Of a stretch of 64,000 bases of DNA, positions 39,422-48,889 are shown piece by piece. The DNA lies in assembly GCA_036269625.1 (NCBI GenBank), contig DATBEF010000140.1, positions 188 to 64,187 on the forward strand, in the 5' to 3' direction. This DNA comes from Bryobacteraceae bacterium. Its GTDB lineage: Bacteria; Acidobacteriota; Terriglobia; Bryobacterales; Bryobacteraceae. Made by a program: the position numbers and the translations under genes. Numbering within the stretch: position 1 is the first letter of the stretch; the number at the start of each line of letters is the position of its first letter. A model generated the notes under the pieces. The model did not search any database. It saw only the letters and a program-made list of their open reading frames with translations, and was not told where the DNA came from.

Positions 39422-39959
39422 CCCCCAGTACAGGATCTTGAGCCTATCTTTTCTTCTATTGGCGAACAGGTAAACATGTCCGGCGAATGCGTCCAACTGC
39501 AGATGGTCACCCAGCAGCGCGTGCAGCCCATCGAAGCTCCGCCGCATGTCACACCGGTTCAGGCACAGATACACCCGCACGCTGGCCGGCAGGCGTTCTG
39601 TGCGGAGCGCAGTGGATCATCGCCGCACTGAATCCAGCACCAGGCGCAGCGTCGTCGCGTTCACGCCATTGCCGATTCGCAAGCGCTCACCCGTGCTCAG
39701 CACCAGCTCGATTGCTGGTGCCTCGTCTCTGGTTGCCCGTTCGGTCTCCAGCAGCGCGAATCGCACCGCCCGTCTTCTCGTAGCCGTTTTCGCCAATAGT
39801 AAAACGAAGGCTCTGTGATCCCGCGCGCGCGGCAGAACGGCCGGACCAGTTGCCCGCTCGTCTGCTGCTCGGCTCTCAGCTTGCTCCAACGCTCCCGCCT
39901 AGTTTCCGACACCTCTCAAATATCGGGCTTCCTTACCGCCAACGGAAGAGCGGTTTACA
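39422..39959 (-). mobile_element. IS66-family left-hand remnant (tnpA frameshifted, tnpB truncated)
   Basis: tnpA-like MSETRRERWSKLRAEQQTSGQLVRPFCRARGITEPSFYYWRKRL, then a frame switch to APAIELVLSTGERLRIGNGVNATTLRLVLDSV. ATGA-coupled tnpB-like MI..VRVYLCLNRCDMRRSFDGLHALL..RLKILYWG is cut at the IS21 end. Confidence 0.7.
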
Positions 39960-40478
39960 AGACGATTACAATACCTGCGAAAACAGTGCCTCGAAGCCAC
40001 TGAACATATTTCCGTGAAGATTGAGAACGACATTCACGCCGCCAGCACGCAGACCGGGAGTGAACAAGATTCGGCCGCTGTGGGATGATGAGCCCCTTCG
40101 CTCAGAATCTGAACGCTGCCTTGATCCGTAGTTTGTAGGTTGGTCACGCTGAACGTAAGAAATCTCTGGTAACCTCCTTGCAAGGCATCAGCCAATCGAA
40201 AATTGAACTGTTCCAATTGGAATTCGTCGACTAAAGGGCCAAAGCTTTAGCGAAATCTAATTGCCCAACTGAGCTCTGATACTCGGCAGATCTCAATCAT
40301 TGGATAGGGAGAAGAGAAGAGATAGAATAAGCCCGCGCTTTTGAGAGCAAGGCAAGCATCTCGCCCTGCGAGGGCGGAGACCTGAACCTAAGCCGCTTGG
40401 ACAAGAGCCGATTAACCCTGGTGATATAACGGGAATTCCGCCGGTTGGGAGTCATTCGGATTACATGCCTCGAACAAT

Positions 40479-40874
40479 GTGGATGTCTCGGTGGTAAACG
40501 ACAATTCTACGTTCTGTTACGGCTCGGGTTACATCGCCGGTAGCGATTCGATACCGGCGTCCCTCGCATCGAAGGATAATCGACCTGCACCAAAGGGGCC
40601 GAATGGCCAGGAGACGAAGTCCAAGCCAGGAGGCTTCTCCGACGAAAAAATAAAGCAGGATCTTTCTGCTCTACGGAATGACAAGCCTGCTGAGAAGATG
40701 CCGGCCGGGGTGATCTCTCCCGTTGAGAGATTATTAGCGCAGAACGAGCGGAACCATCCAGTGGCGGGGGTTATGCGTCGGCGAGGTAATGTTCCGGATT
40801 CCACATCCACGAACTTGGTTCTGCACAACCAGCAAAGACCAAGAGTTCAGCCTGCGGCTGTGGAAAAGCCGTAA
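40479..40874 (+). CDS. hypothetical protein (low confidence)
   Basis: 131-aa ORF from GTG with reasonable codon bias but a low-complexity, charged sequence. No family recognised. Confidence 0.3.
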   Translation: MDVSVVNDNSTFCYGSGYIAGSDSIPASLASKDNRPAPKGPNGQETKSKPGGFSDEKIKQDLSALRNDKPAEKMPAGVISPVERLLAQNERNHPVAGVMRRRGNVPDSTSTNLVLHNQQRPRVQPAAVEKP

Positions 40875-40901
40875 CTACTGCCCATACCGGGACTCTCGAT
40901 C

Positions 40902-41147
40902 TTACAGTGCCGCGCGGAAAACCTCTTCAAAGTAGAAGTAATCGCGAGAAGGCTCCGGGCTATCAGTCAGTTGACGTCGAAAGACCACACGAACGCGAGC
41001 TTGATGGCTCCCGCGATTCCTGGCGTATTCGCGATAACGGCCAGTTCGGTTCGTATCCGTCGTACGACGACTGCAGTGATGACTCGAAGCCGTGAACTTT
41101 CGGACGTGAGCAATCGCCCAATGTGCCTGGTACACCCAAAAACTCAT
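40902..41147 (-). CDS. hypothetical 81-aa ORF overlapping the comM stop (TGATG)
   Basis: ATG shares one nt with the comM TGA. Very basic, R/S/T/H-rich sequence with lower third-position GC than neighbours. May be spurious. Confidence 0.25.
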   Translation of the reverse strand: MSFWVYQAHWAIAHVRKFTASSHHCSRRTTDTNRTGRYREYARNRGSHQARVRVVFRRQLTDSPEPSRDYFYFEEVFRAAL

Positions 41148-42667
41148 CAACTCCAATAATTCCGGTCCAGATTCCTGCATTGGACGGCTTCCGCGAGATG
41201 CTTCGATAGAACCGCCGGGGCTTCGTCCAGATCCGCAATCGTCCGGGCCACACGCAGGATGCGGTCGTGAGCGCGAGCCGAAAGATTCATACGGCGCACC
41301 GCCATCTCCAGCGTGCGTTCGGCAGTATCGTCCAGCGCGCACAGGATTCTCAACTGTTTGGGCGGGATCTGCGAGTTGTAGAAGCCGCGGGCGCGTTGTA
41401 CGGCCCGGGCTTGCTCCACTCGTTCGCGAATAGAACCCGAAGTCTCGCCTTCCGCTTTGTTTCGGAGATCCTTGTAAGGCACTGCCGGCACCTCAATATG
41501 CAGATCGATGCGATCGAGCAATGGTCCGCTCACCTTCGCCAGGTACCGCTGAATGATGCCGGGCGTGCAGCGGCATTCGCGAGTAGTATCGCCATAAAAT
41601 CCGCATGGGCACGGATTCATCGCCGCGACCATCAAAATACGCGCCGGGAAGGTCAATGTGCCATTGCTCCGCGCCAGTGTCACCGACCCCTCCTCTAGGG
41701 GTTGCCGTAACTGTTCCAGGACGCCCCGCGGAAACTCAGGCAGCTCGTCGAGGAACAGCACTCCCTGGTGCGCCAGGCTAACTTCTCCCGGCCTGGGCGT
41801 GCCGCTTCCGCCACCGATCAAACCGGCATCCGAAATAGTGTGATGAGGAGACCGAAACGGACGCTGGCGCAGCAGGCCGATCCCGGCGGGCAGCAGCCCG
41901 GCCACGCTGTGAACCTGCGTGGCTTCCAGCGATTCGGAGAACGTCAATTCCGGCAGAATGCCCGCAAAACGCTTCGCCAGCATCGTCTTACCCGATCCCG
42001 GAGGGCCTATCATCAGCACGTTATGATTTCCTGCCGCCGCGACTTCCAGAGCGCGGCGCGCCATTGTCTGCCCACGAACGTCGCTGAAATCCGGCGCGTC
42101 CGAAGAGACGGTTTCCGTCGGTCTAAGCGAAGCCTCAGTTGGGGCCACCGTCTCTGGCTGGTTCAAAAACTGCACGACTTGGGCCAAGTGCCGCAGGCCG
42201 AACACCTGAACTCCTTCGGCCACTGCCGCCTCCGCAGCATTTTCACTCGGAACCAGGAGATTGCGGATGCCCTTGCGCGCCGCACATACCGCAATGGACA
42301 GAGCGCCCCGAACCGGCCGCAAGCTGCCGTCCAGCGACAGCTCGCCCACAATCAAATAGTCGTTAGAGGGCCGCACCGTTCCCATCGCGCCGAGGATCGC
42401 GGTAGCCATTGGCAAGTCAAATCCCGCCCCTTCCTTGCGGATATTGGCCGGTGCCAGATTGATCGTAACCGATTTGCTCGGGTACCCGAACCCCGAGTTC
42501 AGAAGCGCCGATTTGATGCGCTCCCTGCTCTCCTTCACCGCTGCGTCCGGCATGCCCACCGTCACAAAATCGCGGTTCGAGCCCGCCGGGTACATATCCA
42601 CCTCAACATCGACGATATGAGCTTCGATACCCTGGATGGCGGCGCTAAGCGTCCGAAAGAGAGCCAC
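41147..42667 (-). CDS. comM: YifB/ComM family Mg-chelatase-like ATPase
   Basis: AAIQGIEAHIVDVEVD N-terminus. Lon-like domain. Walker A MIGPPGSGKTMLAKR, then GVLFLDELPEF. Zinc-like CPCGFYGD..CRC. ORF track extends to 42793, but GTG 42667 gives the canonical 506-aa protein. Confidence 0.88.
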   Translation of the reverse strand: MALFRTLSAAIQGIEAHIVDVEVDMYPAGSNRDFVTVGMPDAAVKESRERIKSALLNSGFGYPSKSVTINLAPANIRKEGAGFDLPMATAILGAMGTVRPSNDYLIVGELSLDGSLRPVRGALSIAVCAARKGIRNLLVPSENAAEAAVAEGVQVFGLRHLAQVVQFLNQPETVAPTEASLRPTETVSSDAPDFSDVRGQTMARRALEVAAAGNHNVLMIGPPGSGKTMLAKRFAGILPELTFSESLEATQVHSVAGLLPAGIGLLRQRPFRSPHHTISDAGLIGGGSGTPRPGEVSLAHQGVLFLDELPEFPRGVLEQLRQPLEEGSVTLARSNGTLTFPARILMVAAMNPCPCGFYGDTTRECRCTPGIIQRYLAKVSGPLLDRIDLHIEVPAVPYKDLRNKAEGETSGSIRERVEQARAVQRARGFYNSQIPPKQLRILCALDDTAERTLEMAVRRMNLSARAHDRILRVARTIADLDEAPAVLSKHLAEAVQCRNLDRNYWS

Positions 42668-42867
42668 GAGAACTAGTGTGCGTCCCGGTGCGAGGCTCTC
42701 GGAAAGAACGAGGGCTATTTTGCTTCGGCCGCTTCGGCATAAGACGGGTACGTTGGTCCGGAGGCTATATCGAACCGGGAATGTCACTTGCATTTAGGGC
42801 AGCTAAATCATCCCAGTTTGGATTCGGCAGCGATGCAAGTCTATGCGCCTGCCTGATTTGACTCAGC

Positions 42868-43083
42868 TCGAAGATATTTCGCACGCCACGTGCATTGCCA
42901 AACCCTGATCATTTCTCGATAAAGCCTCAACAAACAGAATGCCGTCCATCGCCCGTGTGACGACCTCCTGCGTCTTCAATGCAGTTTGGCCCAGGTACCC
43001 CTACGAGACCAGATCTATCAACCTCAACCAGATGTCGCTTGCTGAGGAGGCCCAGTAACTGATATATGCGGCCTAGGCGTGTC
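42868..43083 (-). pseudogene. AAA ATPase (SpoVK/CbxX-like) gene, distal piece
   Basis: TRLGRIYQLLGLLSKRHLVEVDRSGLVG, then a frameshift into GYLGQTALKTQEVVTRAMDGILFVE... It continues the Walker-A piece found on the other side of the IS1595-type gene. Confidence 0.55.
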
Positions 43084-43124
43084 CTGCTTATCCGGTTGTT
43101 TCAGCAAGCCCCAATAGGTAGTGG

Positions 43125-44070
43125 TCAGCCCACGGCGGCCGGTTCGCCCAAGTCGGCTGCACCCCTTATCTCCTCATATTTAGCGGGCTTACGCCAAGTT
43201 CCGAGTCCGAGCAGCGTCTGGAACCCCGCCATCGGCGTCTTTCGCCGATTGTGACGAAATACGAATTCATTCAGGTAAGCCCGAAGTTGATCACGGCTGA
43301 CACCGTGAAAAGTGCCGAGCAGTCACTGCTGGAGATTGCCTATGGCCCGATCCGCCATCGGCACCACGGACTTTGCGCCCTTTCGCAGGTTAGTTCGCAA
43401 CGGCTGGCCGCGAGGCACATGCCGGAAACCGGCCTCTTTCAGTCCAGTGAAGCTCTTCAGTCCGTCGGTGTACACGGTAGACCTGGCGCCACGTTGTCCT
43501 TCAGGAAAGCCAGCAGGGTCTCACTTCTGAAGTCCGGAATCACAGCCATGCGTGCGCGCCCAGTGGTGTTTCTCCCCGCTTCTCCTCGGCCACCAGAACG
43601 AGCGCCGCTTTCCGCCCCTGGAGCTGGCGGCTTCCCCGCAAGCCGGCCTGGGTGCCTCCCGCCCAGGTTTCGTTCACTTCCACGTCGCCCCGCAGTGGGT
43701 CCCGTTTGAGATTGATCATGGCCCGCCGGAAGTTGTGCAGCATCATCCAAGCTGTCTCGTAGCGGGCAACGCCAGTTGGCGCTGCAGAAGCAAGGCAGAG
43801 AGCCCGCGCTTATCGGTTGTCATCAGGTACGCGGCCCAAAACCAAACCGTCAGTGGCGTTTTCGTATTGTGCAGAATCGTCCCGGCAGTCAGAGACACCT
43901 GGTACCGACAGCCTGCACACTGCCATCGCCTGAGGTTCGCCAATTCATAAGCGTGCCGATTCCCACATTTTGGACACGCAAACTCATCTGGCCAGCGACA
44001 CGCGGCCAGATACTGTCGGCATGCCTCTTCGATGGCAAACTTTGATTGAAACTCCCGCAGCGTCTCGTCT
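43125..44070 (-). pseudogene. IS1595-family (ISXO2-like) transposase gene, degenerate
   Basis: Zinc ribbon ACRQYLAACRWPDEFACPKCGN..WQCAGCRYQVSLTAGTILHNTK. DDE part RARMAVIPDFRSETLLAFLKDNVAPG / VYTDGLKSFTGL..LRAYLNEFVFRHNRR. About 3 frameshifts, one TGA for Trp near 43324, and no start codon. Confidence 0.8.
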
Positions 44071-44074
44071 TACC

Positions 44075-44550
44075 CGTTCCCGAATTGCCAGCGAACACCA
44101 AGTGGCGTGAAATACCCGAGACATGCATCCCGTTCGCTGCGCGAAGTCGCTGAACCCGCATCAGATTAGTAAGGGAGTGCACTCTCGCTTCACCCCTATA
44201 AGCCCGATCAGGTTGTCTAGATCGGAAGGGGCGGACTTTAGGACAAGCGTTTCATTCGCTTCCACAATTTCGGGCGTAGAGTTCTGGGCTTGGTTGTTTG
44301 CGCGTGACGGCGCGATGTGACTGTCCTGAGACTATCTTCGAACGGGTTCGATGTGCGCGAACACACCATCGAGTTTCTTCGGAGAAGCCGCGAGCGCGGT
44401 CAAAACACCGTCGATTGTCGCTGCCTCAGCAGGAGTAATTGGACCATCGCTCTCCGCGACGATATCAAGCAAGCGCCTGAATACAGTAAGTGTTTCCTAG
44501 AACAGGTTTGATCCCCTAGTGCGATCAAATTCAGCCGCGGCCGCCATCAT
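44075..44550 (-). pseudogene. AAA ATPase (SpoVK/CbxX-like) gene, proximal piece with helical N-domain
   Basis: MMAAAAEFDRT..(TAG)..LLDIVAESDGPITPAEAATIDGVLTAL..(TAG)..SDLDNLIGLIGVKRE (frameshift) HSLTNLMRVQRLRAANGMHVSGISRHLVFAGNSGTGKT, ending exactly at the IS1595-type gene. Confidence 0.6.
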
Positions 44551-44934
44551 CCAACAAATTGGGGATGGGGATTCTCTTGGATGAAAGGAACGATTTGACT
44601 GGTGAGGTCGCCTGCAAGCCGCGCTCCCCCAGATGATCTGCCATCGCGTGTGATGAGAGCGTACGCCTCCGCCTCGATAGGGTCAACGTATATCTTCCCC
44701 GCGATCAAGACGTGCCACAGCGATAGCTCCAGTACGAATTGTAATTCTTCTCTGAAGCTGGCGAAGCACCTCGAATTGGCCCTGGGAATATGCCCGAAAC
44801 TCAACTCGCAGATTCTGTGTCAACTCCGGTTGAAAATTCCCCAGCCGTGGGGCAGGTGGTGGTTTACAGTTCCGCTGGTAGAGGGAACATAGAATGCAGC
44901 CGGTGAAGGGGAGGCAGGCACTGCAGGAGTGCAA
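44547..44934 (-). pseudogene. unassigned decayed ORF, ATGA-coupled to the AAA ATPase gene
   Basis: Two overlapping frames (..PELTQNLRVEFRAYSQGQFEVLRQLQ.. and ..EELQFVLELSLWHVLIAGKIYVDPIEAEAYALITRDG..). Stop TGA overlaps the AAA start ATG. Confidence 0.25.
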
Positions 44935-45062
44935 CCTGCCGAGGAATAGCTGGCTGCAAACTCATCAAGGCGATGAGACTCCGGGGGGAGCCGAAAGGGG
45001 GCGTCGCCCCGAATCGTAAAAGCTGAACATCGGATTGATAGATTTGCCCATGCCTCAAAAAC

Positions 45063-45370
45063 TCACGCCGAATGGCTACGTTTGCTGCGATTGTTCGGAG
45101 CGGCAGCAATCGGTTCTGCGGGCTGCGCTTCCGGCGTAGGAAGCAGTCCGGCTTTACGTCGCTGTTTGAGCCGATAACTTTCTCCGCGGATGTTCACCGT
45201 CGTGGAGTGATGCAGCCGGCGATCGAGGATCGCGGTCGCGATGATCGGGTCGCCGAAGATCGAACCCCACTCGCCATAGCTTTTGTTGGAAGTCAGGAGG
45301 ATGCTGCCTCTTTCATAACGGGCGCTGGCTATTTTCCGATTCGTGGGATGAGAGCCGTACTCGTTTACAG
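45063..45370 (-). pseudogene. istB: second IS21-family istB C-terminal remnant
   Basis: ASARYERGSILLTSNKSYGEWGSIFGDPIIATAILDRRLHHSTTVNIRGESYRLKQRRKAG. The sequence differs from the istB at 38786. Confidence 0.8.
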
Positions 45371-45377
45371 CTAAGCA

Positions 45378-46071
45378 TCCACACTGGTTGTAAAGACACC
45401 ACGCCATACCATCCTGATCGATACGGCTACAGGAACGATAAAAAGCGGCTGTTTATTCCGGCGCTTGACCACCTGCACACGCCCTATCTTGAGAGACTGA
45501 AGTGCTTGGGCGTGATGCCGACCAGGTGGATTTTGTCCTATCGACGCATCTGCACGTCGATCATGTTGGATGGAACACACGATGGGTGAACAACCAATGG
45601 ACGCCAACGTTTCCGAATGCCCGACACTTCATGCCGCAACGTGAGCAGAAGTATTTCGCATCGCCGGAGAATCGGAACGACCCGCGATACTGCGTCTATG
45701 AAGACAGTGTCCTGCCCTTCATTGAATCAAGACGGGCAGAGCTTGTGATAGCCGATAGCACTGAGATCATCGAGGGATTGCGCTTTCTCTCGACGCCGGG
45801 ACATAGTCTCGACCACATGTCGATTGTTCTGGAATCGCGTGGTGAGAAAGCTATCTTCGGTGGCGATGTGATGCACCATCCATTACAGGTCTATTTCCCT
45901 CGCCTCAATTCCATCTATTGTGAATCGGCCCATCCGGCGCGTAGCTCGCGCCGCTTCGTGTTGGAGTATGCAGCAGAATATCAGGCAACTTATTTCAGCA
46001 CGCATTTTCCAGAAAGCTCTGTAGGACGGATCAGCCGTTCCGCCAAGGCATTCAAGTGGTCCTATCTCTGA
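45378..46071 (+). pseudogene. MBL-fold metallohydrolase gene, 5-prime truncated and frameshifted
   Basis: STLVVKTPRHTILIDTATG / NDKKRLFIPALDHLHTPYLERLKCLGVMP / DQVDFVLSTHLHVDHVGWN lie in three different frames. The rest (45502..46071) is intact. Confidence 0.75.
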
Positions 46072-46235
46072 AAAAGGAAAACGCGAAAAAGATGAATCTC
46101 AGTGAAATTAGCTAATTGGATCGAACAGCCAGGGTTTACGAATCCTTCAGGCCAAGTTTCCGGATAAGTCCCGACTGACGGGCGATTCGGAAGTTGGCGC
46201 GGACTGACGGACGACGCAGACGATGGTCCGCCACT

Positions 46236-47231
46236 TTAGGCGTTGACAAGCTCCATCATGCCAGGGGAGTAGCGATCGCCAGCTATGGCACCTTTGGGAG
46301 CCACCTCGTCGAGCAGATTGAGCTCCTGCGCCGTCAGCTCGACGTCCACCGAACGCACATTTTCCTGTAATCGTTGGCGGCTGCTGGTGCCGGGGATGGG
46401 AATAATGTCCTCGCGTTGGGCGAGTACCCAGGCGAGAGCGAGCTGCGCGGGAGTAACTCCTTTTTCGCGAGCCAGCTCCGCGATGCGATCCGCAATGGCG
46501 AGATTCCGTTGGAACTGTTCTCCCTGGAAACGTGGATTGGTTCGACGCCAGTCGTTCGGGGCGAGATCATCGATACTGCGAAAGCGGGCGCCGAGAAAGC
46601 CACGGCCGAGCGGACTGTATGCCACGAGCGAGATTCCGAGCTCGCTCAAAGTGGGTAGCAAGTCGGCTTCGGGATCGCGCGTAAACAGAGAGTATTCGGT
46701 TTGTACAGCACTAATTGGATGCACTTGATGCGCGCGGCGGACGGTGGCGGCAGATGCCTCAGATAATCCGATGTACCGCACTTTCCCAGCCCGAACGAGA
46801 TCGGCCATCGCGCCGATGGTCTCTTCAATTGGGTTTCGAGGATCCACGCGGTGCAGGTAATACAGATCGATCACGTCGACTCCGAGGCGCTGCAAGGAGA
46901 GATCGCAACAGTAGCGGGCATTTTCAGGACTACCGTCGACAGTCCGTTCTGGGGCAGATGCGGGACCGGGCACGATTCCGAATTTAGTTGCGAGAACGAC
47001 GCCCTCACGCCGGCCCTGGAGAGCCTTGCCAACCTTTATCTCGGAGTCGCCATAAATGTTCGCGGTATCGAGGAAATTGACACCCAGGTCGAGCGCACGA
47101 TGAACAAGCGCGATCGCATCGGCTTCGCTTTGCGCACTGCTGGTGTACACATCGTCGATGCCAATGCTCATGCAACCGAGTCCAACCGCGGAGATTTTGA
47201 GGCCACTTCGGCCGAGTAAGCGGGTTTTCAT
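46236..47231 (-). CDS. aldo/keto reductase
   Basis: [22 protein letters not shown] start at ATG 47231; [13 protein letters not shown] and [14 protein letters not shown] are present. The ORF-track extension to 47495 is non-homologous. Confidence 0.88.
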   Translation of the reverse strand: MKTRLLGRSGLKISAVGLGCMSIGIDDVYTSSAQSEADAIALVHRALDLGVNFLDTANIYGDSEIKVGKALQGRREGVVLATKFGIVPGPASAPERTVDGSPENARYCCDLSLQRLGVDVIDLYYLHRVDPRNPIEETIGAMADLVRAGKVRYIGLSEASAATVRRAHQVHPISAVQTEYSLFTRDPEADLLPTLSELGISLVAYSPLGRGFLGARFRSIDDLAPNDWRRTNPRFQGEQFQRNLAIADRIAELAREKGVTPAQLALAWVLAQREDIIPIPGTSSRQRLQENVRSVDVELTAQELNLLDEVAPKGAIAGDRYSPGMMELVNA

Positions 47232-47448
47232 TTTCGATCCGATTCGATAGATGCGACCGGGACTAGTTCGGTCTCCACTGTTTATTGAGCATAGCCCCAT
47301 GGCTGTGCGCCGTGCACATTGGGTTTTCGCGGTTCTCCCAAATGCCAAAGCCGCATTTTGGTTGTTGGAAATCCACGAACCGCAGTGGGAGTTGATATGC
47401 TTCTTAGCTGAAATTAGCGGCCCATGCGCCGCGAAGGAGAACAAATCG

Positions 47449-48870
47449 ATGTCCAATAAACGAGAAGTACTAGTCGGCAGACGAGGTCTCCTCAAAACAT
47501 CGGCCGCAATGATTGGTGGAGCAATGTTTGGAGGCGCGCTCCTCGGCCGTAAAGCCGACGCCGACCCCGAGCCAAGAGTTCAGAACGTCAATACGAATTC
47601 CAGTCCGTCAAAATTGAAAATTACAGATTTGCGGATTGCCACGGTTCGTAAGCCCGGACCAAGCCCTTGCACGATTGTCCGGATCGATACCAATCAGGGC
47701 GTCTATGGCTTGGGCGAAGTTCGAGACCTTTCCAGCCCAACTTATGCGCTCTTCCTGAAGAGCCGGATTATCGGTGAAAACCCGCTGAATATTACTTTTC
47801 TCTTTGAAAAGATCAAACAATTTGGCGGTGATTCGCGCCAGGCCGGCGGAGTAGTCTCGATCGAAGAAGCGCTTTGGGACATCGCGGGTAAAGTTTATGG
47901 TGTGCCGATTTACCAGATGTTAGGCGGAAAATTTCGCGACCGCGTACGAATCTATGCCGACACAGAAGAGTCGAAAGACATCAAAATCTACGCGCAGCGT
48001 ATGAAGGCCCGCAAGGAAGAAATGGGATTGACCTGGTTGAAGATGGACCTGGGGGTCAACATGGTCTCAGATACTGCTGGCACGCTGACTGCGCCTTCCG
48101 GGCAGAGTAAATGGGAATCCTACAGCCTTCCTCATCCATTCCTGGCGAATGAAGTGACCGACAAAGGTATTGAGATGCTGGTTGCCTACGTCGCCGCAAT
48201 CCGCGAGGCGGTCGGTATGGAGATCCCGCTTTCGATGGATCACCTCGGTCATTTGGGAGTCAATTCGATCATCCGATTAGGCAAAGCGTATGAGCCGTAC
48301 AATCTCTCCTGGATGGAAGATGTCGTTCCGTGGCAGTACACCGAACTGTTACAGCACATAACAAACGAGAGCCCCACGCCTATACTCACGGGCGAAGATA
48401 TATACCTGAAGGAAGGCTTCACGAACTTGTGCAAGAATCACGCGGTGAGCAAAATTCATCCGGATATTTCTACGTCCGGAGGCATCCTGGAGACGCATAA
48501 AATCGGCGACATGGCGATGGAATATGGGGTTCCGATGGCGATGCACTATGCGGGGCTTCCGATTGGCGCCTACGCGAGCGTACACTGCGCCGCCGCTACG
48601 GAGAATTTTCTAGCTTGCGAAAATCACTCGCTGGACGTTCCGTGGTGGCAGGACCTGGTGGAAGGCGTGGACAAACCGATCATCGACAAAGGGTTCATTG
48701 CCGTGCCCGACAAGCCCGGGCTAGGCGTAACGCTGAACGACGAGGCTGTGCGCGCGCACCTGGTTCCAGGCACGGGATTCTTCGAACCGACGCCTCAATG
48801 GGATAAGGAGCATTCGGTGGATCGACTTTGGAGCATGGCGCCGCCGCGGACGCCCCAGCAGGTAGGTTAA
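47449..48870 (+). CDS. enolase-superfamily (mandelate racemase/muconate lactonizing family) protein with Tat-type signal
   Basis: ATG 47449 with AAGGAG upstream. Signal [38 protein letters not shown]. Core [34 protein letters not shown]. Metal-ligand-like SMDHLGH, WMED, TGED. Confidence 0.85.
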   Translation: MSNKREVLVGRRGLLKTSAAMIGGAMFGGALLGRKADADPEPRVQNVNTNSSPSKLKITDLRIATVRKPGPSPCTIVRIDTNQGVYGLGEVRDLSSPTYALFLKSRIIGENPLNITFLFEKIKQFGGDSRQAGGVVSIEEALWDIAGKVYGVPIYQMLGGKFRDRVRIYADTEESKDIKIYAQRMKARKEEMGLTWLKMDLGVNMVSDTAGTLTAPSGQSKWESYSLPHPFLANEVTDKGIEMLVAYVAAIREAVGMEIPLSMDHLGHLGVNSIIRLGKAYEPYNLSWMEDVVPWQYTELLQHITNESPTPILTGEDIYLKEGFTNLCKNHAVSKIHPDISTSGGILETHKIGDMAMEYGVPMAMHYAGLPIGAYASVHCAAATENFLACENHSLDVPWWQDLVEGVDKPIIDKGFIAVPDKPGLGVTLNDEAVRAHLVPGTGFFEPTPQWDKEHSVDRLWSMAPPRTPQQVG

Positions 48871-48889
48871 TGAGCAACGGAGAAATTGG

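Noticed and set aside
41147-42667. Possibility that comM is itself the disrupted integration target of the surrounding elements, as in comM-targeting islands.
   Set aside because: The comM frame is uninterrupted from the conserved N-terminus to the C-terminus, with Walker A and B motifs intact. The debris flanks the gene rather than splitting it.
41768-42676. 302-aa plus-strand ORF inside comM.
   Set aside because: It is antisense to the well-conserved ComM frame, and its arginine-rich translation is typical of a shadow ORF.
47232-47495. Long N-terminal extensions of the aldo/keto reductase ORF (to 47495) and of the enolase-superfamily ORF (from 47251), which overlap each other.
   Set aside because: Both extensions lack homology. 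Canonical starts exist at ATG 47231 ([10 protein letters not shown]) and at ATG 47449 with a strong AAGGAG site. The overlap is an artefact of open frames in a divergent intergenic region.
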